From Marinicella sp. (GTDB taxonomy: Bacteria; Pseudomonadota; Gammaproteobacteria; Xanthomonadales; Marinicellaceae): a stretch of 32,397 nucleotides of DNA. Shown here one piece after another: positions 18,158 through 26,928 of the stretch. The notes under the pieces are model-generated. The model was given only the letters and a program-made list of their open reading frames with translations, made no database searches and was not told the DNA's origin. The position numbers and the translations under genes are program-made. Positions within the stretch are counted from its first letter, which is position 1. Each line of letters begins with the position of its first letter. The stretch is taken from NCBI GenBank assembly GCA_051252335.1, contig JBPOFV010000001.1, forward strand, positions 1-32,397, in the 5' to 3' direction.

Positions 18158-21100
18158 TTAATGTTCTTGCAAGAGTGTCATTATCTGCACACTGTCTCTG
18201 AACCAACGACCGCCTTCTGGACCTTGATAAGTGACATCAATGGTATTAACGCCATCGGTGGTTAAGTCACGGAATGTGTTGGATAAATTCAAGACGATGC
18301 TACCCGAATCGACAAAAGTGGTACCTATCGGTGAGGCTGTCCTACCGTAGCCAAACACATCAGTCATGGGCAATGTGATGTCCTCATTGGCTGCAAAACC
18401 TGAAGTGATACCCGTTGACCAACGCGAATTACCATCGGCATCATAATAGAACAAGAAGGCAATGATTACATCGCCAGTTTGAGCCAAGGAATATCCCCAG
18501 CCGTTATCCGCTGTACCTGCCCACCAAGCAGTCCCAAAATCTGGCTCAGGTCTGGCTGCATCGTCGATCAAAGGTTCGATACACCATGCTTCGGTGACAT
18601 CATTGATCTGCCATGTTGCCAAGGCCACAAAATTCAATTGGCGGCTGGTACCATCTTGGCAAGCAGGGTGATTTCTGACTGAAGCTGAATTGAAATCAAT
18701 ACTGAGACGACCATCAGTCAATGAGCTATCGGGTATCAAAGGATCTACAACCGCCGGATCAACCGCATAATTGTATCTGAATTTTTCTAAGGTATTGGTT
18801 TCAAAGCCAGCGTTCAGTACACCACCTGATAATGAGGTTAATGAGTTAAACCATTCTGGATCACCATTGTCATCGTAGGTGTAAAATAAGGTGTAAAACA
18901 AGTCATTGGCGCCAAAGGCTTCAATAATAAAGCCATGGCCATCATGGGCAGGATCATACCAAAGGCCTTTATTGGGAACGACACTGTTGCCATCACTGAT
19001 GCATTCATCACAACTTAATTCAGTGCCAGTGATCACTCGACTGACAGAGATGTCATCAATCCAGAACCCATCTTGAGAAATGGCTTGGTCAGAAACCATT
19101 CGAAATCGAATTTGTGCAGTTTTTCCAATGTACTGAGTTCCAAGGTTAACGGTTACATCACGCCACTCCAGTTGTGTGCCTGACCAAGCAAATTGACCTT
19201 GAGCGGTGTTGTTGGTAAACAGTTGTCCATCATAAGGTACTGAGCTCAAGTGGCCAATATCAAACCAGTTGTCATGGCCTTGAAAGCGCATTTCCAATAC
19301 CAAGCCGTCCCAAAGTTGTACACTGTCTCTTTCCGTGTCATATGACATGGCAAATTTAAGTACATTGCCACCACCGTCAAAAGTTAACCAAGGTGTGACC
19401 AACGATTTGTCAGAATAACTGGATTCATTGGTGGTGAACCAGCTGTTGTTTCCAGAATTGGCACTGTCTGTTGTTCGAATCCAACCATCATCTCCCAAGG
19501 TTATGACAGATTGCATCAGTGAATCACTGCGTTCTGCACCATCGGTAAAGATGCCTTTTTTGACGCTTTGATTGGCTGAAGTTAGTACCGTTAAATCCTG
19601 GTTGAAAGTACCCACATTGCTGGTAATGGTGGCTGGGATGCTGATGTCAGCCAGGCAGCTTGCCTGTGAGTCCAATTCGACATTCAAAGCAATGATGTGT
19701 GAGGAAAAGCCATTCAATGCAAAACTCTGGTTGGCATCAGTGAATGAAATAAAATTAGGCTGGTTGAATGATAAAGACACTTGGCCAAAATCTTTGGCTG
19801 AAAGGTTATTAATCTGAATCATCAATTTTCCGGACTCACCTCGATCGAGGAAATTGTCCACATCACAACTGGAATTGGTGGCAATGAATTTAATCACTGA
19901 GACTTCAAATGGATTTTTACTGGCTTTATAAGTGCCACGTCCATGGGTACCTACATACAAATCATCATTGTTCCAAACCAAATCGATCACCCGGGTGTAT
20001 GCAGGACCGTAATCAAATTGTTCCCAATTATAAGTACTGCCTGATTTTGTACCTACCCACAGCCCCAGCTCACTACCCACATAAAGTGTGTTGGCATCTG
20101 CTGGATCATTAACAACCTGGAATAAAGGTATGTCTGGTAAGTTATTAGAGATACTGGTCCAGTTGTTACCGCCGTCTGTGCTGCGCAGAATCCGATTGGG
20201 GTTGTAGCTACCAAAAGTCGCATACAGGGTGTTACCAGAGGTATCAAATAAATCAACCTTAATATCAGTGACCACAGCATTGGCGGTACCAAAGCTGTTT
20301 GGCGGTGCAATATTGGTCACTGTGTTACTGCTGCCAAGTCCAGTGATTTTCACAATCTGATTGGTGCTTAATACATCTGTGACAAACATCTCCATTCCCG
20401 CATAAGCAGTGGTACTTTGATGTGGGTTAAAAGCCAAAGTCGATACGCTTCGGCCGGCGATTATGGTGCCACTGACATCGGTCCAGCCGGCTCCTGTAAT
20501 TGCTCTTGCATTGGTGGTATAGAAAATATTATCGGTACCAACCATCATGCGATTCCCGTCATTTTCATCCAACACAAAGGGCTGAATAAATCGTGCGCCT
20601 TCCGTATCAGGTAAAGAAAATGCCCTGGCAGATAGACCACCATTGCTTGATCCAAAGAGGTCACCTTCTGGTTGTGACCCATATACATAATCACTGTCTT
20701 GTTGATCCCAAGCACTGAAACCACCATCTCCACCAGCCCATTCAATCCATGCCTGCTCATTACCAAAGTACAGTTGAGAGCCATTGTCTTGAGTCCCGGA
20801 TGTTACTCTTTGTCCATCTGGGCTGACCGCGAGGCCATAAATTTGTGATATATTTAAGCCATTATTGAGGCTGATATAGCTTTCGCCACCATCTTCAGAT
20901 TTTGCGATACCTCCATCACTGGCCACATAAATATGATCACTGTTGTGCGGACTGAAAAAATAACCATGGTGATCGGCATGAATGTATTGTGACATGAATC
21001 CAGAATCCGGGTTCCAGTATGAATTTTGAGTGATTGTAGATCCTGCATTGGTGGTAACAAATTGATCTACGGCTCCAACCAACACATGACTTGAATTATC

Positions 21101-22651
21101 AGGGTTAACCGCTATGGCCAAGTCATACCAGCCTTGACGTTCGACAAAGTTGGTATTTGAAGCTGTTTTGCTGAAATTTTGACTGCTGGGGCTATTGGAT
21201 TTAAACAGACCAATGGTTCCTGGACTGAATACACCGTCCACTTCTGTAACCGGTTGAGAGACCGCTATATATGAATTACCATCTGCTCCAAAACCAATTT
21301 CCATCCTCTCAAGATCAATGCCAGGTAATCCATGATTGGTTAATGATGCCCAAAAATCCCCACCATTTGTTGAACGCATTGCAAAGCGGTTGTATTCAAG
21401 TTTATTTCTGTCCGTGATGGTCATAAGTACGGGTGGGATACCTGAGCGCAATAGATCTCCCAGGGTTCTTTGAATCATTCCTGATGGAATATTAGAAGTG
21501 TCTGTAACGCCTTCTGGAAGTGCCATACTAACCATTGGTCTATTATCATTAAAAATGATAGCAGCTGTTGCACCAGCACTTTGAGCATTTAAAACTTTAT
21601 CAATAAAGTTACAGTTACCTCGCTCAATTAAGGCAATTTTGCCTGCGATGTCATTGATGATGGTTTCGCAACCATCAAGGCCGTTAGTGCCGCCACTGTC
21701 TTGAATTAATAGCATTTCTCCAGCTAATCCACTGCCAGGAAAAGATGGGCCAAATTGTGCTTTCACTACATTGTAATTTCCTGAAACACTTGGAGGTGTA
21801 CTGACATTCATGTCAGCGATTTCTAAGTTGGGACTACCAAAATGATAAGCCAATAAGTGGTTGGGATCTGAAGGGTCTAATTTTAGATCAACAAAGCCTG
21901 AACGACTGGTGGTGACACCGGTCATTTCATTCCAAATTCGGCCTTCGTCAGTGGTTTTGAAGATACCGGTTCTGGTGGCAGCCAAAAATGAATCTGTACC
22001 CGGGATTTTTACCATGCGATTGACATAATAAAAGTCGGTGCGGTTGGTGAAGCCATAACGTTCCCAGGTCTCACCAAAATCATTAGAGACAAATATGCCG
22101 TAGCCCTGTGCCGCATCAAAATTACTGAATCCTTCGCCAGTTCCCGCATAGACCGTCTCAGGGTCATCTGGGTCGATTAGCATGCTGCCGATGGCGATGC
22201 TGGCCAAAAAATCAGTTTTGGGGTGCCAGGACTGGCCACCATCTGTAGACTTCCAAACGCCGCCTGAAACACCACCAGCCAATAAATGTCCTTCACGTTC
22301 TGGATGCATCACAAAACCACGGATTCGACCACCAAATATACCAGGCCCGATCTCATCAAAATGTAAAGCCGGGAGGTTTTGATTGGCCTTTAAAGCCTTG
22401 GCAGCTTTCATTTCATTTTGATAAGCCAAATTTAATTGGGCTGGACTAAATCCCTTCGGGGTGTGTCGCATTGAAGCCAACCAAGCAGCAGCTTTGTCAG
22501 GTTTATCATATTGTTTCGCTGGTTTATCCTGACCTTTGCTCAGTGATTTCGCCTTGAGTTGACTGGCTGTATAGGCAGCTATATTTTGTTGACTGATAAT
22601 TGCAATGCCAATAAAGGCCAAGAAGATGATCAAAGGTTTTAGGATGCGCAT
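18158..22651 (-). CDS. Large secreted protein: Asp-box (BNR) beta-propeller with inserted PA domain, Ig-like and jelly-roll-like domains, duplicated C-terminal module
   Basis: N-terminal signal/anchor. Asp-box-like motifs STDGGQSW, SNDFGETW, TTDEGRIW, STNGGDFW, SEDGGESY, STDGGNNW. PA motif 'GKIALIERGNCNFIDKVLNAQSAGATAAIIFN'. C-terminal GLWYDPAHDGHGF and AWWAGTADNGWGY repeats. Confidence 0.85.
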   Translation of the reverse strand: MRILKPLIIFLAFIGIAIISQQNIAAYTASQLKAKSLSKGQDKPAKQYDKPDKAAAWLASMRHTPKGFSPAQLNLAYQNEMKAAKALKANQNLPALHFDEIGPGIFGGRIRGFVMHPEREGHLLAGGVSGGVWKSTDGGQSWHPKTDFLASIAIGSMLIDPDDPETVYAGTGEGFSNFDAAQGYGIFVSNDFGETWERYGFTNRTDFYYVNRMVKIPGTDSFLAATRTGIFKTTDEGRIWNEMTGVTTSRSGFVDLKLDPSDPNHLLAYHFGSPNLEIADMNVSTPPSVSGNYNVVKAQFGPSFPGSGLAGEMLLIQDSGGTNGLDGCETIINDIAGKIALIERGNCNFIDKVLNAQSAGATAAIIFNDNRPMVSMALPEGVTDTSNIPSGMIQRTLGDLLRSGIPPVLMTITDRNKLEYNRFAMRSTNGGDFWASLTNHGLPGIDLERMEIGFGADGNSYIAVSQPVTEVDGVFSPGTIGLFKSNSPSSQNFSKTASNTNFVERQGWYDLAIAVNPDNSSHVLVGAVDQFVTTNAGSTITQNSYWNPDSGFMSQYIHADHHGYFFSPHNSDHIYVASDGGIAKSEDGGESYISLNNGLNISQIYGLAVSPDGQRVTSGTQDNGSQLYFGNEQAWIEWAGGDGGFSAWDQQDSDYVYGSQPEGDLFGSSNGGLSARAFSLPDTEGARFIQPFVLDENDGNRMMVGTDNIFYTTNARAITGAGWTDVSGTIIAGRSVSTLAFNPHQSTTAYAGMEMFVTDVLSTNQIVKITGLGSSNTVTNIAPPNSFGTANAVVTDIKVDLFDTSGNTLYATFGSYNPNRILRSTDGGNNWTSISNNLPDIPLFQVVNDPADANTLYVGSELGLWVGTKSGSTYNWEQFDYGPAYTRVIDLVWNNDDLYVGTHGRGTYKASKNPFEVSVIKFIATNSSCDVDNFLDRGESGKLMIQINNLSAKDFGQVSLSFNQPNFISFTDANQSFALNGFSSHIIALNVELDSQASCLADISIPATITSNVGTFNQDLTVLTSANQSVKKGIFTDGAERSDSLMQSVITLGDDGWIRTTDSANSGNNSWFTTNESSYSDKSLVTPWLTFDGGGNVLKFAMSYDTERDSVQLWDGLVLEMRFQGHDNWFDIGHLSSVPYDGQLFTNNTAQGQFAWSGTQLEWRDVTVNLGTQYIGKTAQIRFRMVSDQAISQDGFWIDDISVSRVITGTELSCDECISDGNSVVPNKGLWYDPAHDGHGFIIEAFGANDLFYTLFYTYDDNGDPEWFNSLTSLSGGVLNAGFETNTLEKFRYNYAVDPAVVDPLIPDSSLTDGRLSIDFNSASVRNHPACQDGTSRQLNFVALATWQINDVTEAWCIEPLIDDAARPEPDFGTAWWAGTADNGWGYSLAQTGDVIIAFLFYYDADGNSRWSTGITSGFAANEDITLPMTDVFGYGRTASPIGTTFVDSGSIVLNLSNTFRDLTTDGVNTIDVTYQGPEGGRWFRDSVQIMTLLQEH

Positions 22652-22686
22652 GATTGATTCTGATTTACAAAGACAAAAATTGTAAC

Positions 22687-22723
22687 AAAAAAAAAGCGCC
22701 TTGAATATGCTTCAAGGCGCTTT
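22687..22723 (-). terminator. Rho-independent terminator after nhaB
   Basis: Minus strand reads AAAGCGCCTTGAA-GCATA-TTCAAGGCGCTTTTTTTTT. Confidence 0.9.
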
Positions 22724-22744
22724 AACTACGAAATATACTTTATA

Positions 22745-24217
22745 TTACTGAAACAGGAATCCAACTATGGTTAATACGATGGTATAAGGTAAGGCCATCC
22801 AGACCATGCGCATGTAGCCCAATTTAATCGCTGGTGCCAAGGCCGAAGTCAGTAAAAATAGGAAGGCAGCTTGACCATTTGGAGTGGCAACACTGGGTAA
22901 ATTGGTACCGGTGTTGATCGCTACGGCCAAGGTTTCAAAATGTTCACGTGAGATTCGACCTTGTTCGAATGCCAATTGCACTTCATTGATGTATACGGTC
23001 GCAACAAACACATTGTCACTGATGGCAGATAGGATCCCATTGGCCAAGAAAAATGCTTGAGGCTGTAAGTTCAAATCCATAGCCAACACTTGTTCAATCA
23101 CTGGAGTAAAGAGTTTTAAGTCAGAAATCATGCCGACCACTACAAAGAATATACACAGCAATGAAACGAAAGGCAGAGATTCTTCAAAGGCATGGCCAAT
23201 GCGGTGCTCTTCAGTGACTCCGGTCAGTGCAGTGACTATCACCAATAATGACAAGCCCACCAAGCCCACTTCCATGAAATGTAAGTACAAGCCAACAATT
23301 AGCATGATGCCGCAGATGGCCTGAACCACCAAAGCATAATTATCTTTGGCTGTACGTTTCTCATCTTCTTCTTTTAAGTAGTTGGCTAATATGGTTCTTA
23401 CACCATCATCTAATTTAGCTCCAAAGCCAAATTTGCCGGTTAACTCGAGGACAATGACAGTTAACAATCCAGCAAAAAAGACCGGTACAGTGACGTGTGC
23501 CATTTGTGAAGCAAACTCCATAAAACTCCAGCCCATTTTTTCACTGATCAATAAATTTTGGGGTTCGCCAACTTGAGTACAAACACCGCCCAACGCTGTG
23601 CCAACTGCGCCATGCATAACCAACGAACGAATAAAAGAACGAAACTCTGACAAGGTGTCGCCACCCAATTGTTGTCGGTCTTTAATTTCATTTTCATCGT
23701 AGTCAATGTTCATGGTTGAATGAACTTTTTCATAGACACCATACAACGCACCAAATACAGTGATTAAGACCGCCATAACCGTTAGTGCATCAAGGAAAGC
23801 GGATAAGACGGCTGCTGAAGCTGAAAACATCAGTGACAAGACGATTTTATTGCGCACCTTCATCAAGATCTTGCCGAATATGAAGATCAACAATGGTTTC
23901 ATGAAGTAGATGAAACTCACCATAAAGACCAATAGCATGATGACACCCAGATTGGCTTTTATTTCATACCAGACCGTATCTGGCGATGTCAGGCCCAGTG
24001 CCAATATGGCTATGGCCAATAAGCCGCCTGATTGTAATGGGTAGCATTTCAATGCCAAAGCCAAAGTCATGATAAACATGCCTATAAAAGCCCAACCCAT
24101 GATGGTATCACCCAACAACAATGTCATGGGGTAACAAGCTGCTAAGAACAGCAAGATGGCATTTTTAAACCACCTGGGGCTGTTGCCTAAAAATTCAGTA
24201 TAAAAAGTATTTAGCAT
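22745..24217 (-). CDS. nhaB: Na+/H+ antiporter NhaB
   Basis: FLGNSPRWFK, ALALKCYPLQSGGLL, LSAFLDALTV, GGVCTQVGEPQNL, SAISDNVFVATVYI and NTGTNLPSVATPNGQAAFLFLLTS motifs. ATG at 24217 is preceded by GGAG. Confidence 0.95.
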   Translation of the reverse strand: MLNTFYTEFLGNSPRWFKNAILLFLAACYPMTLLLGDTIMGWAFIGMFIMTLALALKCYPLQSGGLLAIAILALGLTSPDTVWYEIKANLGVIMLLVFMVSFIYFMKPLLIFIFGKILMKVRNKIVLSLMFSASAAVLSAFLDALTVMAVLITVFGALYGVYEKVHSTMNIDYDENEIKDRQQLGGDTLSEFRSFIRSLVMHGAVGTALGGVCTQVGEPQNLLISEKMGWSFMEFASQMAHVTVPVFFAGLLTVIVLELTGKFGFGAKLDDGVRTILANYLKEEDEKRTAKDNYALVVQAICGIMLIVGLYLHFMEVGLVGLSLLVIVTALTGVTEEHRIGHAFEESLPFVSLLCIFFVVVGMISDLKLFTPVIEQVLAMDLNLQPQAFFLANGILSAISDNVFVATVYINEVQLAFEQGRISREHFETLAVAINTGTNLPSVATPNGQAAFLFLLTSALAPAIKLGYMRMVWMALPYTIVLTIVGFLFQ

Positions 24218-24415
24218 GTTTGCTCCAAAAATAAATTTCAATCTAAGAAAATGAGATCAGCCGGGGTTAATTTCGGTCACTCTGTTCATCAATATGGTGG
24301 TTGATGGCTTTCACAAAGCCCAGCATTTTAACATGAGATGGCATAAATCAATATAAATCTTGATGCAGAAAGATACGATTTTTAAGCATACAGGATAATG
24401 CGTTACAATGCGGGC

Positions 24416-25405
24416 ATGGGAAAATACATGGCATGGTTTCCAGGGGTGTTGATTTTAGCCGTTTTGTCCACACTCACTTGGATTATTAATCAACATACGG
24501 GCGTAAGCTCAGCATTATTGGCTTTGGGCTTAGGCTGGCTTGCTGGTTTGGTGTTGCATCAAGTCAACTTTTTACAAGCAGGGGTGAATTGGTCAGAGTG
24601 CCATGGCTTGTCAGTGGCGGTGGCTTTGTTGGGATTACAGTTGAATTTTCAACTGGTGTTACAAATTGATGGCAACACTGCGATCTTAGTGATTCTTGGA
24701 ATGGCCTTCACTTTCGGCATCACTTTATGGTTGTCAAAATGGCTGAAAGTGGCTGGATCTGCGGCATGTTTGTTGGCCAGTGGACAAGGCATTTGTGGCT
24801 CCGCTGCCATAATGGGTGCCCAAAAAATAGTACAGGCACCGGCTGCACAAGTGGCATTGATGGTTGGTTTGGTAAATATTTTGGGTGTGGCAGGTGTGTT
24901 AATAACCACCGCAATTGCACACGCTTTGTTTCAACAAAATCCAATTGAATCAGGACATCTGATTGGTAATACCTTGCAATCTATGGGTCATGTAGTGGCC
25001 GCAGGTTTTTCTGTCAATGAGCCCACTGGTCAAGTGGCTGTTTTGATCAAAATGTGTCGAATACTGTTATTAATCCCGGTGCTATTAATCATGAGTTTTA
25101 CCTTTCGTCAAGCGGGTGAATCTCAGACTCAATCCATGAGTTGGATCAGGTTGGTCCCTTTATTTGTGCTGTTTTTCTTATTCTTTAGCCTGGTAAACAC
25201 CATGCAATGGTTGCCAAAAACACTCAGCGATCACTTGACTCAAGTGGGTGATTTTTTGATGTTGATTGCATTGGCTGGGATTGGCTTTAATTTAAAATTC
25301 AGCCAACTTAAAGGCTTAGGCGGTAGAATTTTATTGATGGGTGTGGTGGTTTTTACTTTACAGATTCTCTTCAGCACACTTTGGATATACAGTTTAGCAG
25401 TTTAG
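24416..25405 (+). CDS. YeiH/UPF0324 family putative sulfate exporter
   Basis: About 10 TM segments with 'GQGICGSAA' and 'LIKMCRILLL' motifs. Start placed at ATG 24416 from promoter geometry; the ORF track gives 24398. Confidence 0.85.
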   Translation: MGKYMAWFPGVLILAVLSTLTWIINQHTGVSSALLALGLGWLAGLVLHQVNFLQAGVNWSECHGLSVAVALLGLQLNFQLVLQIDGNTAILVILGMAFTFGITLWLSKWLKVAGSAACLLASGQGICGSAAIMGAQKIVQAPAAQVALMVGLVNILGVAGVLITTAIAHALFQQNPIESGHLIGNTLQSMGHVVAAGFSVNEPTGQVAVLIKMCRILLLIPVLLIMSFTFRQAGESQTQSMSWIRLVPLFVLFFLFFSLVNTMQWLPKTLSDHLTQVGDFLMLIALAGIGFNLKFSQLKGLGGRILLMGVVVFTLQILFSTLWIYSLAV

Positions 25406-25406
25406 C

Positions 25407-26216
25407 TCAAATGGTAAATTCGAGTTTCATGCCGACTTCAAGAGTGACAGCTTGTGAACCTTGAATCCGTGCAATGCCATTCATGCCAAAAGTGGCTTTA
25501 TCTTGATGGGCAAATTCATTTTTCAACCTTTTTAATACAGCACTGCCTTCTGATTTTCCTTGTATTTGATCCACTCCTGTCATCACACAACGGGCACATG
25601 GTTTAGGCAATTCAATGGTAACTTGTGAGTTTCTTAATGCTCGCCACTGGTATTCCGACCAGGCATTTTGGTTTGATTTGACCACGATGTTTGGCCTGAA
25701 TCGATCCATGGGAATAGGGTGGGCTTGGAGGTGGTTAAAGGCCTGTAATGAGGCTTCATGAGTAACCAGTATCGGATAACCATCAGCAAATTTAACTTGA
25801 TCTCCTGGTTGTGCAAAATCAGGGTCAATGGCTCTCTTGCTGGCATTGCCATATTGTACCAATGTACAGGATGTACCAAGGTAAGTACTGAGCCATTGAT
25901 TGGTGGCTTCTGAAGCCACTTCAGCGTTGAGTTGATCTTTCCAAACAGTGACCTTAGAAATACTGTTTTGATTCATTTTCACATGGCAGTCTGCCATGCC
26001 AGGTGCTGATAAATGCAGTTGACCATCAATGAGTTTGGGGCTGATCAAAGCCATTTCCGGGTGTTTGCGTTGGCTGATAAAAAGCTGGTCATGATCAACG
26101 ATCATCCATTTTCTGTCGTGCGCCAGTCCCCAAGCATCGACTTGTACAGCTGAGTGTTTAATGCCGCCACAGGATTTGATGGGGTAGGAGATTAAGTGGC
26201 TAATTTCAACTGGCAT
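25407..26216 (-). CDS. MOSC-domain molybdoprotein (YcbX/mARC-like, lacking the 2Fe-2S domain)
   Basis: YPIKSC, DRKWM, FADGYP, RFRPN and PCARC motifs. ATG at 26216 overlaps the end of queC. Confidence 0.9.
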   Translation of the reverse strand: MPVEISHLISYPIKSCGGIKHSAVQVDAWGLAHDRKWMIVDHDQLFISQRKHPEMALISPKLIDGQLHLSAPGMADCHVKMNQNSISKVTVWKDQLNAEVASEATNQWLSTYLGTSCTLVQYGNASKRAIDPDFAQPGDQVKFADGYPILVTHEASLQAFNHLQAHPIPMDRFRPNIVVKSNQNAWSEYQWRALRNSQVTIELPKPCARCVMTGVDQIQGKSEGSAVLKRLKNEFAHQDKATFGMNGIARIQGSQAVTLEVGMKLEFTI

Positions 26217-26886
26217 AATGAGTTGGGTCCGAAATAGAGGCTTGCTCAAACCCTTGTTTGCGGTAATGACATGAATCACAATGACCACAGGCTTCACCAT
26301 GCTCATTGGCTTGGTAACAACTGATGGTTAAACCATAATCAAGACCTAACTCATGCCCCAGTTTAATGATGTCCGCTTTTCCGAGTTGAATCAAGGGCGT
26401 TTTGATGGTTAATCTTTGCCCTTCAATGCCTGCTTTGGTGGCTAAATTAGCCATGGTTTCAAAGGCAGTGATGTAACTTTGTCGACAATCAGGGTAGCCT
26501 GAATAGTCAACGGCAGTGACACCAATATAGATGGCTTCAGCGCCCACGACTTCTGCATAGGCCAGTGCCGTAGACAGGAAAATAGTATTACGCGCGGGTA
26601 CATAGGTAATGGGAATGTCTTTATTGGATTGGTCGAAATCGGGAACATCAATGTTTTCATCCGTCAGTGCCGATCCACCAATCGAATCGAGATTGATGTT
26701 AACGACTTGGTGTGCTTGTGCCCCCAGCGCTTTTGACACACGTGCAGAAGCAACTAATTCCGCGCGATGCCTTTGGCCATAATCAATGGCTATGGTGTAA
26801 CAGTCATAACCTTGGTCTTTAGCAACAGCTAAACAGGTGGAAGAGTCCAAGCCACCCGATAATAAGACCACACATTTCTTCTTCAT
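26206..26886 (-). CDS. queC: 7-cyano-7-deazaguanine synthase
   Basis: [27 protein letters not shown] and SCY..CGHCDSC motifs. Confidence 0.97.
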   Translation of the reverse strand: MKKKCVVLLSGGLDSSTCLAVAKDQGYDCYTIAIDYGQRHRAELVASARVSKALGAQAHQVVNINLDSIGGSALTDENIDVPDFDQSNKDIPITYVPARNTIFLSTALAYAEVVGAEAIYIGVTAVDYSGYPDCRQSYITAFETMANLATKAGIEGQRLTIKTPLIQLGKADIIKLGHELGLDYGLTISCYQANEHGEACGHCDSCHYRKQGFEQASISDPTHYAS

Positions 26887-26928
26887 AAATTAAAATCCTT
26901 CTGGATAAATCAGCTTAGGTTTCGATCT

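Noticed and set aside
26217-26306. N-terminal extension of the MOSC ORF
   Set aside because: It lies within queC; family similarity starts at MPVEISHL (26216).
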